This document shows positions 20,358-30,477 of a DNA stretch of 64,000 nt, one piece after another. Position 1 is the first letter of the stretch. Each line of letters begins with the position of its first letter. Origin of the DNA: an uncultured Candidatus Saccharibacteria bacterium. Lineage in GTDB: Bacteria; Patescibacteriota; Dojkabacteria; SC72. The position numbers and the translations under genes were made by a program. The DNA is taken from contig CAZZPP010000005.1 in the NCBI GenBank assembly GCA_964655705.1, forward strand, positions 10,035 to 74,034. Direction: 5' to 3'. The notes beneath the pieces are model-generated. The model was not told the DNA's origin, ran no database searches, and saw only the letters and a list, made by a program, of their open reading frames with translations.

Positions 20358-21551
20358 TTACTGCTTAATTAAAGGTGACATATTTCTAAGATTCTGAATA
20401 ATTGGGGGTAATGTTTCTAATACATACTCTATCTCCTCTTGAGTATTCTCTTCACTTAAGGTTAATCTTAAAGAACCATGAGCAATCTCATGAGGTAGCC
20501 CTATTGCAAGTAAAACATGTGAAGGGTTTAGTGAGCCAGAGGTACATGCTGAACCACTTGAGGCACATATCCCCTTAATATCAAGCATTAGAAGAATCGA
20601 TTCTCCTTCAATATATTTAAAACACACATTAATATTTCCAGGTAATCTATCAATTGAATCTCCATTTAATATTGTATCAGGGATGGAATTCATAATGCCC
20701 TTAATTAATTTCTCTCTTAGATTAATTATGTACTGACTTTTCTTTTGAATATCCTTCGTTGCAATCTCAATTGCTTTACCTAGACCAACAATTGAAGCGA
20801 CATTTTCAGTTCCAGCTCTCATAGCATGTTCTTGACCTCCTCCATGGATCATATTTGAGATATTTACCCCTTTTCTAATATACAAAACACCTACCCCTTT
20901 AGGTCCATGGAATTTATGGGCAGAGAGTGACAACAAATTAATATTTAGTTCGTTAACATCTATTGGTATATTCCCAATAGCCTGAACAGCATCAGTATGA
21001 AAGTAGATATTCTTTTCTCTAGCAATCTCCCCTATTTCTTTAATTGGTTGAATACTTCCAATCTCGTTATTTGCATACATTATTGAGATTAGAGTTGTAT
21101 CCTTTCTAATTGCGTTTTTCAGGTCGTTAATATCAATTATTCCATTACTTTTTACTGGTAGATATGTAATTTCAAAACCATATTTTTTTAAATATTCACA
21201 GGTATGAAGTACTGCATGATGTTCAATATTTGTTGTAATTATATGTTTACCTTTCTTCTCATTAGCAAAGGCAATGCCTTTAATAGCCCAGTTATCAGAC
21301 TCACTTCCTCCACTTGTAAAATATATTTCATTAGTATCACACTGAAGAACTTTTGAAACTTGTTCTCTAGCATTCTCAATTGCTTTTCTACTTTCTCTTC
21401 CAAGTGAATATATACTTGATGGGTTCCCGTATTCTGTTTTAAGGTATGGCATCATACTATCCAGGACTTCTGGAGATATCTTCGTTGTAGAAGCATTGTC
21501 CATGTAAATGGGTTTATTCATTGTACTGATTTTATCATGAATACCCCCCAT
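20358..21551 (-). CDS. iscS: cysteine desulfurase (IscS/NifS class)
   Basis: 397 aa; PLP-lysine context [19 protein letters not shown]; C-terminal active Cys loop SSGSACTSG. Confidence 0.9.
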   Translation of the reverse strand: MGGIHDKISTMNKPIYMDNASTTKISPEVLDSMMPYLKTEYGNPSSIYSLGRESRKAIENAREQVSKVLQCDTNEIYFTSGGSESDNWAIKGIAFANEKKGKHIITTNIEHHAVLHTCEYLKKYGFEITYLPVKSNGIIDINDLKNAIRKDTTLISIMYANNEIGSIQPIKEIGEIAREKNIYFHTDAVQAIGNIPIDVNELNINLLSLSAHKFHGPKGVGVLYIRKGVNISNMIHGGGQEHAMRAGTENVASIVGLGKAIEIATKDIQKKSQYIINLREKLIKGIMNSIPDTILNGDSIDRLPGNINVCFKYIEGESILLMLDIKGICASSGSACTSGSLNPSHVLLAIGLPHEIAHGSLRLTLSEENTQEEIEYVLETLPPIIQNLRNMSPLIKQ

Positions 21552-21554
21552 TAC

Positions 21555-22061
21555 CTATATCTTTCTACTATCATATGCCCAATGCAGAAGTGCTTGTCTC
21601 TGTCTTTTCCTACAATCTAAATCAAGAGGTATACAATTCTTTTTAACAGCAGATACATGTCTTTTAATTGCTTTCCACCTTCTAATCTGCCTTTCATCTT
21701 CAGGAGGTACTCTTCTTCCCATGAAGTATCTTGCGTACCATTGAAACCATCCCCTTGGATCATCTTCGTATATCCACCCTTTCTTTCTCCAGTATGAGAG
21801 AGGCATACTTGCATCTACTTGAAAGAAATTTAAGGAGACGTCTTTCTTTATTGGAGAGAGTTTTGCATTTGTATACCAATCAGACGGGAACTCATCCCTA
21901 CAATCTGTCATATATTTCCCCCCAAATACTCCTAATTCTAACATCTCTTTAGGAGTTAGCTCAGGTTGAAAATCGGGATCAAAGTTTTTCCCCATTGGTT
22001 CAACAAGATAGTAGGTATAGCCTTGTTGCATTAAGTCATTTACTACTACTTTTCTTCTCAT
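21555..22061 (-). CDS. conserved hypothetical protein, basic Trp/Arg-rich C-terminus
   Basis: 168 aa ORF immediately upstream of iscS in same orientation; no motif recognised. Confidence 0.5.
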   Translation of the reverse strand: MRRKVVVNDLMQQGYTYYLVEPMGKNFDPDFQPELTPKEMLELGVFGGKYMTDCRDEFPSDWYTNAKLSPIKKDVSLNFFQVDASMPLSYWRKKGWIYEDDPRGWFQWYARYFMGRRVPPEDERQIRRWKAIKRHVSAVKKNCIPLDLDCRKRQRQALLHWAYDSRKI

Positions 22062-22244
22062 TTACTTTCTTTTTTGAAAAAGAAGAATGTAAATTAAAGG
22101 TAATATCCCAATTGTATTAAATACAAAAAGAGATACAAACCAGATTTTCTGTTTAGATCTACCTGCTTTCCATAGTGCAATTCCTTTCCAAATGGAATCC
22201 CAGATTAGTAGAATTATTAATGGGAATATATTCTCTACATTCAT
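22062..22244 (-). CDS. small two-TM membrane protein
   Basis: 60 aa, two hydrophobic helices; TAA stop abuts start of downstream gene. Confidence 0.4.
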   Translation of the reverse strand: MNVENIFPLIILLIWDSIWKGIALWKAGRSKQKIWFVSLFVFNTIGILPLIYILLFQKRK

Positions 22245-22262
22245 AGTTATGTGTTAAAAAAT

Positions 22263-23027
22263 TTAAGGTCTTAATGTTCCTCCAAATACCTGCCAAGCAA
22301 GTAGGGTTTTAGCAACTAAGGAAAGTATGATATATACCTTCTCTCCATACAAATAGTTCTTCCATGGTCCAATCTTTTTGTACTGTAAGAACATATTAAT
22401 TGCAAAACTATTAAAGAATATGAAGATACTTACATAGATCCAATATACAAAATCAGGAATATTACCCCCTCCAAACTCTGTAGCTCCATATACATATATA
22501 CCAAATACAACCCAAGGAACAATGCCTGCAATACAACCTAGAATGAATGTTAACCAATTTACTTTCTTTTCTCCCTCATTGTGTACCTCCATTGCTAGAC
22601 CAGTAAGATTCATTAAGGCATCTAAGAAAAAGATCATTACTAAACTAGAGAGATCATATATCCCAGTTAAAAAACTAATTGCAATCATCATTACACTTGC
22701 ACTTAGAGCATATTCATACCATCTGACTTTGTTGATACCTTTCTTTAGATTCTCTTCATATTTCTTTCTGTATATTGTAGAGATAAAGAGGTGTGCACAA
22801 GCACTCATGAAAAAGAAGATTGCTACAAACCATGCAATATTTACATCTCCAACTTGCTCTGTTGCAGGTAGGAGTTTCTGTAATTCAGTATTGTAACTAA
22901 GAAAATTTATTGTAATTGGAACTACCCCTTTGTCAGGGTCACTAAGTAAGAGAACAACTATTCCTTGTATTAGATGGAAAAACCCCATCACAAGATTAAA
23001 TATTCTAAGTTTTTTAAACTTGTCCAT
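22263..23027 (-). CDS. hypothetical polytopic membrane protein
   Basis: 254 aa, 6-7 hydrophobic helices. Confidence 0.5.
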   Translation of the reverse strand: MDKFKKLRIFNLVMGFFHLIQGIVVLLLSDPDKGVVPITINFLSYNTELQKLLPATEQVGDVNIAWFVAIFFFMSACAHLFISTIYRKKYEENLKKGINKVRWYEYALSASVMMIAISFLTGIYDLSSLVMIFFLDALMNLTGLAMEVHNEGEKKVNWLTFILGCIAGIVPWVVFGIYVYGATEFGGGNIPDFVYWIYVSIFIFFNSFAINMFLQYKKIGPWKNYLYGEKVYIILSLVAKTLLAWQVFGGTLRP

Positions 23028-23087
23028 CCTAAGAGATTGGTAAAAAATTATATATTACAGGATATCATAATTTCTGGTTATGTAAAA

Positions 23088-23918
23088 CTATGGATTCTCA
23101 ATTCTCCCAATCATATTCTTTAATACACTTTGTGAATATTCTGATTTGTCAACCCTATCCATGAAAGAACTTTTAAGAAGTAAATTTCTAATTCCTAATC
23201 TTGATTTCTCTCCCCATTTTCTATCAATAACTCCTTCTGAGTAACCTTTGTTAAAATACTTATTCCTGTTTAAATTCAAAGTCGCTATTGATATCAGAAA
23301 TCTTTGATTAATGGTTCCATTCTCATTAAAGACTCTTGAGTACAATGGATCTAAATCTACTAAATATATATTTGAATCATCAAAGGAATATACAAATTGA
23401 ATTGGACGACATACATCAGCTAAAAAGTACGAATTTTTGTCTGCACTTAAATACTTTGTTACCATATATGCAGTCATGCTCTCAGCCCATTTATTCATAT
23501 TATTGTAATACAGATTCTTGTGCATATCCCAAAGCCCATTGCAGTTTTCCATGGGTAAGCATTTCCCATGGATATATTCTGAAGCTATGCAAAGTCCCTT
23601 ACCTCTTTGTCCTTCAGAGGTATGGAAATCTGAAACAAAGGATGAATATTTGGGTACTTGGATATCAAACAACTTGAGCTCACCAATTAGATTGTCAAAT
23701 TCTTTCTTGACTTCTACATATGTACCCTCTGGATATTGTAATCTCCTGTTGTCTTCTATACTGGGAGCTCTAAGAACCCAATACTGACCATCACCTGAGT
23801 ACATTTTTGCCAAACGGGTATCTGTAATACCTCCTTCTCTAAGGTATTCAGAATTATCATTGTAATTTATACTATCTATTAGATAGTGTGGTTCTTTCAT
23901 ATACATATATTTTACCAT
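23088..23918 (-). CDS. hypothetical protein, possibly protein-kinase-like/phosphotransferase fold
   Basis: 276 aa; FLADVCRPIQF and IYLVDLDP resemble catalytic-loop and metal-binding (DFG-like) segments of APH/choline-kinase-like folds; weak. Confidence 0.4.
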   Translation of the reverse strand: MVKYMYMKEPHYLIDSINYNDNSEYLREGGITDTRLAKMYSGDGQYWVLRAPSIEDNRRLQYPEGTYVEVKKEFDNLIGELKLFDIQVPKYSSFVSDFHTSEGQRGKGLCIASEYIHGKCLPMENCNGLWDMHKNLYYNNMNKWAESMTAYMVTKYLSADKNSYFLADVCRPIQFVYSFDDSNIYLVDLDPLYSRVFNENGTINQRFLISIATLNLNRNKYFNKGYSEGVIDRKWGEKSRLGIRNLLLKSSFMDRVDKSEYSQSVLKNMIGRIENP

Positions 23919-23993
23919 AATGCCCTATAGTAATCCATTGCATGAATAGAAAATATTCTGTATCCTAAAGTAGATCTACTTGATTATATACAT

Positions 23994-24458
23994 ATGTCTG
24001 AATACGAATTTGACCTAGAATTAAGAAATACTGATGATATTGTTGATACCCTGTATTTGAGATACCCCCATATGCATTTAGATTCCCCTTTAGATTTATC
24101 TGATTCTAATCAATATATTTATGGTATGAATTCCTACGAAATGAAATTCGCGTATTTCACCTATTCTATGGGATTAGTTGTATTTAGAGAACCTAGAATT
24201 GATAACTGTATTCATATCCCTGATTTTTATCTATTTAATCCCATTACTTTATCTGGTACCCTAGTTGAATTAACTCTTTACAACAGAGATTTTACAAATT
24301 GTAATACTGGAAATAGACATAGGAATGAGGTTAAGAAAAGTATTAAAAGAAAGCAAGGTCAGATATCTGAGTTACAAGGTTGTGGTATACCATATATTAT
24401 TCTCTATCGAGAGGAATTAGAACAAATCAGGAATAACTTTATTAATGATTTTTTCTAG
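23994..24458 (+). CDS. hypothetical protein
   Basis: 154 aa ORF, no recognised motifs. Confidence 0.45.
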   Translation: MSEYEFDLELRNTDDIVDTLYLRYPHMHLDSPLDLSDSNQYIYGMNSYEMKFAYFTYSMGLVVFREPRIDNCIHIPDFYLFNPITLSGTLVELTLYNRDFTNCNTGNRHRNEVKKSIKRKQGQISELQGCGIPYIILYREELEQIRNNFINDFF

Positions 24459-24922
24459 ATATCAATTTCTTTTTTAATATCCCTATATGTAAAATAGGAG
24501 AATTGGTTACTACCATTACTCTCAACTGCTCCAGTATAGGTATCTTTTTGTGGAGAGATAAGGAGAATTCCTTTGTTTAGAAGCTCAATATTCCTTTCAC
24601 AAACGTAAATGGGTAAAGTGGAAGTACTCTCGTGTATCTCTACTAATAAAGGTGAAAGACAACCATTACATGAGAGAGTACATACAAAGTTATTACCATC
24701 CTGGGAGAGATAGAGATTTCTTTTGTTACAGTAGATATTTTCTATCCCTTGCTTTGATTTATGTTTAGAAATCATATCGATTATTTGACCATACTGTCTT
24801 CTCTTTTGTTTCTCGATTTTTAACTTACTTAAGGGTAAGAAACCAATATCTTCTGTGAAGTTTCTTAAGTTTTTAGTGTATGCTTTTTCTTGGGGCGTAA
24901 GAGCAAGTTCAGTAATATCCAT
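24455..24922 (-). CDS. hypothetical Cys-rich protein
   Basis: 155 aa ORF; CTLSCNGC and YVCE cysteine cluster suggests metal binding. Confidence 0.45.
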   Translation of the reverse strand: MDITELALTPQEKAYTKNLRNFTEDIGFLPLSKLKIEKQKRRQYGQIIDMISKHKSKQGIENIYCNKRNLYLSQDGNNFVCTLSCNGCLSPLLVEIHESTSTLPIYVCERNIELLNKGILLISPQKDTYTGAVESNGSNQFSYFTYRDIKKEIDI

Positions 24923-25068
24923 TTTAGAAAGTATAATGTTAAAGCAAGATTATACTACCTTAACCATATGAATCGCAAGATTAGGTATATATTCTGGGAA
25001 CTCTTTGAGATACGCGTTACATTATGGTAGGATATAGAGAGGATATTTAAATTATTATGTAATACTAT

Positions 25069-25452
25069 ATGGGATATACAGATAATATCGAGGAGAGAAC
25101 ATTAGAGAATAGCAATTTTAGGAAAGTTCTCTATACAGGTAAATTTATGCAGTTAGTTGTAATGACTCTAAAACCAGGAGAAGATATTGGTGAAGAGGTC
25201 CACGATACTGTTGATCAGTTTTTTAGAATTGAACAAGGGCAAGCAAAAGTCATTATGGATGGACAAGAGACAATTCTTACTGATGATATGGTTGCTATTG
25301 TACCAGCAGGGACTCTACACAATGTAATAAATATGTCAGAAGAGAAGGAATTAAAGCTTTATACTATCTATGCTCCACCAAATCATCCAGAGAATACTAT
25401 TCATGTTACAAAGGAAGAAGCAGAGGAGTATGAGAAAGAGCATCATCACTAG
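25069..25452 (+). CDS. cupin-domain protein
   Basis: 127 aa; GEDIGEEVHD...VPAGTLHNV two-motif cupin pattern. Confidence 0.65.
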   Translation: MGYTDNIEERTLENSNFRKVLYTGKFMQLVVMTLKPGEDIGEEVHDTVDQFFRIEQGQAKVIMDGQETILTDDMVAIVPAGTLHNVINMSEEKELKLYTIYAPPNHPENTIHVTKEEAEEYEKEHHH

Positions 25453-25479
25453 TACAAAGTGCTGTTAAGGAATTTTAAA

Positions 25480-25505
25480 GGGGAGGTGGTAACCTCCTCT
25501 TTGTT
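25480..25505. terminator. bidirectional intrinsic terminator between convergent cupin gene and dcd
   Basis: 8-bp GC-rich stem GGGGAGGT/ACCTCCTC with GGTA loop, U-rich on both sides. Confidence 0.55.
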
Positions 25506-26031
25506 ATTCAAATTTAGGAGGAGAGACCTTACTCTGATTATTGTAGGCAGTATTCTTGTTTTGTTGTATGGGAGTTGAAAGTAGGCAGAAGAGGTATGTA
25601 CCTACTTTCTCACCTGGATGAAGAAGTATATTGAAAAACCCATTATTTTTAATCTCTAGAACAGAGCTTTCTAAGTTAAAAGGGAGTCCATCTAAAACCA
25701 TGGCAGAGATATGTATACTCATACCCATTCTTGCATAAGTACTCCTTCCATCTATGAAGGTAATTAGGTCTTTATCTGTTTTAAGAACCTCTTTAGTAGA
25801 ACCCAATACAAATTCGTTAGGTCTAAGTACATAGGGGCTTTGAAGTAAATTATACTTTATATATTCAATCTCTTTAGGGTTTTTACTATCTACTATCTGA
25901 TACGGTTTAGGAATGAGTAATTCATTACTAAGATGAAGGGAAATTCCAGTAGTTTCAATTTCATACTCTCCTTGTATATTAATTTTACCCTTTTGTATAT
26001 ATTCTTTTATTGTAATATCAGAGAGATACAT
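25504..26031 (-). CDS. dcd: dCTP deaminase family protein
   Basis: 175 aa; N-terminus MYLSDITIKEYIQKGKINI and core FIDGRSTYARMGMSIHISA...VLEIKNNG align with E. coli Dcd (MRLCDRDIEAWL..., WLDGRSSLARLGLMVHVTA..., VLEFYNSG). Confidence 0.75.
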   Translation of the reverse strand: MYLSDITIKEYIQKGKINIQGEYEIETTGISLHLSNELLIPKPYQIVDSKNPKEIEYIKYNLLQSPYVLRPNEFVLGSTKEVLKTDKDLITFIDGRSTYARMGMSIHISAMVLDGLPFNLESSVLEIKNNGFFNILLHPGEKVGTYLFCLLSTPIQQNKNTAYNNQSKVSPPKFE

Positions 26032-26136
26032 TTAGAGGCAGTTAAATTTAATGCTATATTTCATATTACAATATTTCTAATCTTTGAGAAAGGGTTAAAA
26101 CAAATTGTATAATACTGGTATACTTATAATTATTTA

Positions 26137-27126
26137 TTGTATAGATACTCTATGATTAATCTGTTAAAAAAATATATCTCCCCTATTCTTACAATAGTAG
26201 TGTTAATCCTGTTTGGAGCATATCTTTACAATAATCCACAGATAATATCTCAGTTGGCTTTGGTAAATTGGATATACATAGTTATCATAATGTTTATATA
26301 TCTCTTTGTATTCTTTCTTGAGGGGATATTTGTATTAATATCACTAAAGATATTTAACAAAGAGATTCTAATTAAAGAAAGTTTCTTCCTCTCTATTGTA
26401 TCTCGTATAGGTAATTACCTATTACCTATGAGAGCAGGGGCAATCTTTAGAGCTACATATTTAAAAAAGAAATATAATTTTGAATATACAAAATTTCTAT
26501 CTACTCTATATGGCTATTACATAATATTCTTCCTCTTAAATTCATTTATTGGGGTATCAGTATTAATTATTAGATACCTTGATATTAAGGTATTGAGTAT
26601 TTCTCTTCTTCTCTTCTTCTCCTCCATTATTCTAGCGATGCTTTTTCTCATATTTGTACGTGTCTCATGGAGTAAATATATTAAATCAGATAGAGGTCTG
26701 ATTTCTAAAATTCTTTCGATGATAGATAAATTTGTAAAAGGGTGGACTTTAATAGTAAGAGATAAAATACATTTCGCAATGTTACTTCTAATTGCTCTGG
26801 GCAATATCCTCTTGAATATATTAATTGTATATATCGAGTTCATTTCTGTAGGTAAGGCAATCGATTTTGTTGGAGTAGTTATTTATACCTGTATTTCTGG
26901 GTTTTCACTACTAATTAGTATAACTCCAGGCTCTTTGGGTATTAGGGAAGCTGCCTTCTTAATTACATCTCAGTCAATAGGGATTACTGAAAACGAGGTT
27001 ATGCAGTTGGCATTTTTAGATAGAGGTATTATGTTTGTTCTTCTTTTCATGCTATTAATATCTATTTTAATACTTAACAAGAAATTAAATTTAAAAAAGA
27101 TATTCTTTGAAAAAGAAGATAGATAA
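26137..27126 (+). CDS. UPF0104/lysylphosphatidylglycerol-synthase-TM-like flippase family membrane protein
   Basis: 329 aa, about 8 TM helices, pattern of LPG_synthase_TM proteins that pair with glycosyltransferases. Confidence 0.55.
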   Translation: MYRYSMINLLKKYISPILTIVVLILFGAYLYNNPQIISQLALVNWIYIVIIMFIYLFVFFLEGIFVLISLKIFNKEILIKESFFLSIVSRIGNYLLPMRAGAIFRATYLKKKYNFEYTKFLSTLYGYYIIFFLLNSFIGVSVLIIRYLDIKVLSISLLLFFSSIILAMLFLIFVRVSWSKYIKSDRGLISKILSMIDKFVKGWTLIVRDKIHFAMLLLIALGNILLNILIVYIEFISVGKAIDFVGVVIYTCISGFSLLISITPGSLGIREAAFLITSQSIGITENEVMQLAFLDRGIMFVLLFMLLISILILNKKLNLKKIFFEKEDR

Positions 27127-28453
27127 AGAAAGATTCTTGCTATTAATCATTCTATTAGTATTTACAATATTCATATTATTCTTAGCATTTAAGTTAAGGA
27201 TGGGACTTTCTCCAGACTCTTTCTATCACCTTGAAGTATCTAAAGCCTACTCTACTACTCTTACAAGACCTCAAAATACTCCAGATACATATCAATGGAG
27301 AGACATTACTAGGATTGCATATCTCTATTTTTGGTTAAATGGTAGGATTCTAAATATTAACAATGGACTTATTAACGAGGTTTTACTTCTCAGAATATTT
27401 AATGTTTTGTATTCATTAGGCACTGTATATGTTACTTACCTTTTTTCAAAAGAGATATTTAAGAATAGATGGAAGAGGTTACTACCTGTATTCTTTCTTA
27501 CAAACACTTTGATGTTTGTATTTCTTTCCTCTTCAATCAATTATGATAACCTTGCTAACCTGCTTTCAGTTTTAAGTATCTTTTACTTTGTTAAATTTGT
27601 TAAAAGTAAAATAGATATTAAATATCTACTTTTGATGACTCTTTCCCTGTGTATTGGAACATTAACTAAATATACTCTTCTTCCATTAGCCTTAATATTA
27701 GTATTAGTTTCAATAGTAGATATCTTTCAAAAAAGAGAATTTCTAAAGGATATCAAGTATGGGAAGAAAATTTTTATTTTAATTCCAATTCTCTTCTTTG
27801 CAATCCTTAATCTTGAACTATATGGTACAAATATACTTAGGTATGGAGGTTTAGAACCTGATTGTAATCAGATATTAACTCATGAGCAGTGTTTGCAAAA
27901 TGGTGTATATTACAGGGATAATGTAACAAGACAGCCTATCGAGATAAATGGAATTAAGGATATTGCAAATTTAATACTTTCTGGAGAGAGAGTTGATCCG
28001 TTTAGGTATTTTCTTAAGTGGCTACCTAATCTTACTATGAAGATATATGGGATTATGGCAGATAACAGTATGTATATGCCAGAGTACTTTTGGTATATGT
28101 TCATATTTGTCTTTCTGATTGCCTTCATTTTAGGTATTCTTAATTTCAAAAAATGGAATATGGTTGAGAGATACTTAATTGTAGTTTTCCTTTTTTACAT
28201 AGGTGTTCTCTTCTTTATGCAAAATTACAGTATGTACCTTCGATTTAATCATTACTATCTTGCACTTCAAGGTAGATATATCTTTCCAGTGATATCAATT
28301 ATGTATATTCTTTTTTCTAAATCCTTTCTTTTCCTAAAAAAGAGAGGGCTTAGATATACAATTCTAATTGGTATTGGTATTCTCTTCCTCTATTCCTGTA
28401 TTCCTTTCTTTTTAGAGAATATTCCCTCTACATGGATAGAATCTGGTTTTTAA
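27107..28453 (+). CDS. polytopic GT-C-fold glycosyltransferase-like membrane protein (ArnT/PMT-like)
   Basis: 448 aa, about 11 TM helices with large loops; overlaps the upstream flippase-like gene by 20 nt (operon). Confidence 0.45.
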   Translation: MKKKIDKERFLLLIILLVFTIFILFLAFKLRMGLSPDSFYHLEVSKAYSTTLTRPQNTPDTYQWRDITRIAYLYFWLNGRILNINNGLINEVLLLRIFNVLYSLGTVYVTYLFSKEIFKNRWKRLLPVFFLTNTLMFVFLSSSINYDNLANLLSVLSIFYFVKFVKSKIDIKYLLLMTLSLCIGTLTKYTLLPLALILVLVSIVDIFQKREFLKDIKYGKKIFILIPILFFAILNLELYGTNILRYGGLEPDCNQILTHEQCLQNGVYYRDNVTRQPIEINGIKDIANLILSGERVDPFRYFLKWLPNLTMKIYGIMADNSMYMPEYFWYMFIFVFLIAFILGILNFKKWNMVERYLIVVFLFYIGVLFFMQNYSMYLRFNHYYLALQGRYIFPVISIMYILFSKSFLFLKKRGLRYTILIGIGILFLYSCIPFFLENIPSTWIESGF

Positions 28454-28532
28454 CGAGGATATAGACAACTGATCAGAGATATCTTAATATAAAAGTTGTG
28501 TTAAAAAGTATTTAAAATTATTCAATCCTTCT

Positions 28533-29708
28533 ATGAGATATATTGGTACTTGTGTAAGGGGTATTAGGACTCCTGTTATTAAGCAGGGTGATGATTTAGA
28601 GGATGTTGTGGTAAGTTCTCTTCTTCGTGCTTCCAAGGGTCATAACTTTGAGTTTAATGACAAGGATGTTGTTGCAATTACTGAGGCAGTTGTTGCCATA
28701 ACTCAAGGCAACTATGTTTCTTTAAGCCAGTTGTCTAATGAAATTAAAAAGAAATTTCCTAATGACATTGGTGTGGTATTCCCAATATTAAGTAGAAACA
28801 GATTCTCTCTAATACTTTCTGCAGTAGCTAAGGCCTGTAAAGAAGTACATGTTCTTCTAAGCTATCCTTCGGATGAAGTAGGGAATCATCTAATGAATGT
28901 TGATAAGATGTATGAGGTGGGATTGAACCCCTACTCCGATTCTTTTGAAGAGATTAAATACAGAGAGTTTTTTGAGGAGAAGGATATTTTGCACGAGTTT
29001 ACTGGTATCGACTATGCTAAATACTATAAAAGTTTGGGTAATGGAAATATTCATATCCATTTCTCAAATGATCCGAAATATATTCTCAAATTTACAAAGG
29101 AGATCCTAGCAGTAGATATTCATTCAAGATTTAGAACAGCAAAGATTCTAAAGGAGGCTGGAGCACATTCCGTCTTTACACTCTCTGATTTATGTTCAAA
29201 GCCATCCAAGCTTCACGGATATAATCCAGATTATGGAGTTTTAGGTTCAAACAAGGTAGGAGAAGAGAAATTGAAACTTTTTCCAAGAGAGTGTGAAGAG
29301 ATAGTAAATAGAATTCAAAAAAGATTAAAAAAGGAGACTGGGAAAGATATCGAGGTTATGGTTTATGGAGATGGAGCATTTAAAGATCCTGTGGGTAAGA
29401 TTTGGGAGTTAGCAGATCCTGTGGTTTCTCCGGGTTTTACAAAAGGACTAATTGGTAGACCATGTGAAATTAAACTTAAATATATTTCTGAGAATTGGAA
29501 CAAGAAAGGTAGTATTGATGATTATGTAAAGGAAGCTATTAAACAGAAGAAAGGCCCTGATTATCAGGTAGAGAAATCTTTAGGTACAACTCCTAGACAA
29601 TTAACTGATTTACTCGGTAGTCTTGCCGATTTAACTAGTGGAAGTGGTGATAAGGGTACTCCTGTGATCTTGATTCAGGGATATTTCGACGATTATACAA
29701 AAAATTAG
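28533..29708 (+). CDS. CofE-like (F420-0:gamma-glutamyl ligase family) protein with C-terminal extension
   Basis: 391 aa; GIRTPVIKQGDDLEDVVVSSL and DVVAITEAVVAITQG resemble CofE GLPEIRPGDDIAEIV / VLVITSKIVSKAEG segments. Confidence 0.5.
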   Translation: MRYIGTCVRGIRTPVIKQGDDLEDVVVSSLLRASKGHNFEFNDKDVVAITEAVVAITQGNYVSLSQLSNEIKKKFPNDIGVVFPILSRNRFSLILSAVAKACKEVHVLLSYPSDEVGNHLMNVDKMYEVGLNPYSDSFEEIKYREFFEEKDILHEFTGIDYAKYYKSLGNGNIHIHFSNDPKYILKFTKEILAVDIHSRFRTAKILKEAGAHSVFTLSDLCSKPSKLHGYNPDYGVLGSNKVGEEKLKLFPRECEEIVNRIQKRLKKETGKDIEVMVYGDGAFKDPVGKIWELADPVVSPGFTKGLIGRPCEIKLKYISENWNKKGSIDDYVKEAIKQKKGPDYQVEKSLGTTPRQLTDLLGSLADLTSGSGDKGTPVILIQGYFDDYTKN

Positions 29709-29733
29709 ATTATATGTTGTATACTAAATATAT

Positions 29734-30477
29734 ATGAGAAAGAAACTTGCCATTATATCTGTAATTCTTCTAATTGTTTTTGCCTTCTTGCTGTATTTCT
29801 TCCTGACTAAGGGAGATGGTATCTTTCCTAGAATGAGTAAATCAAACGATCCAGAGATTGAGGAGATTGTTAATATCTCTCAACCTGAGATGTCTTCTTT
29901 TATTTTTGTTACACAAGAGAGTGAAACTAAGCATATATTAAATATTAATATAACCCCATTTCTCTTCTTCATAATTGAGCAGAAAGAGGTAAAGAGTTTC
30001 AACATTGAGAATTTTGAGGGTATAAATCCAGATAGTGAGGTGATATTCATTCCTCCTACAGATTTACCATTAGAGACGTTAAGTAGGACTTTCCTGTTTA
30101 CTGTACAAGACAGTATTACTCAAAAGGATATTGTATTTACTCAAAACAATTTTGATTACGAGGTAGTATCTCAGCCTTCAAAGTTTAATGAGGTAAGTAA
30201 TATGGGAATACTAACTCCCTACTTTGGAATCATCATTAAAGATATTGGGAGTGTTAACTACAAAGAGGTATTAGATAGGGAGGGGTCCTTTGATGGAGGT
30301 AAGTATTTTGATTACAGCGGTATTTCCTTGGATACTATTGATACTGAAATACAGTTTGATGTAAGCATCCAATTTACTGATGGTAAGGAATACAACAAGA
30401 GATTTAAAGGGGTACTTTTGGGAGAGAAATTCGCAACAGAAACATCCCCAATGATTACTCTAGAGAGTGAAGAATAG
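29734..30477 (+). CDS. hypothetical secreted protein with N-terminal TM anchor
   Basis: 247 aa; MRKKLAIISVILLIVFAFLLYFF anchor. Confidence 0.5.
   Translation: MRKKLAIISVILLIVFAFLLYFFLTKGDGIFPRMSKSNDPEIEEIVNISQPEMSSFIFVTQESETKHILNINITPFLFFIIEQKEVKSFNIENFEGINPDSEVIFIPPTDLPLETLSRTFLFTVQDSITQKDIVFTQNNFDYEVVSQPSKFNEVSNMGILTPYFGIIIKDIGSVNYKEVLDREGSFDGGKYFDYSGISLDTIDTEIQFDVSIQFTDGKEYNKRFKGVLLGEKFATETSPMITLESEE

Noticed and set aside
25504-26031. dCTP deaminase as an anti-phage nucleotide-depletion defence gene
   Set aside because: The protein is a stand-alone 175-aa Dcd without the extra N-terminal domain seen in defensive dCTP deaminases. It aligns end-to-end with housekeeping E. coli Dcd, and the 276-aa kinase-like gene is not adjacent to it.
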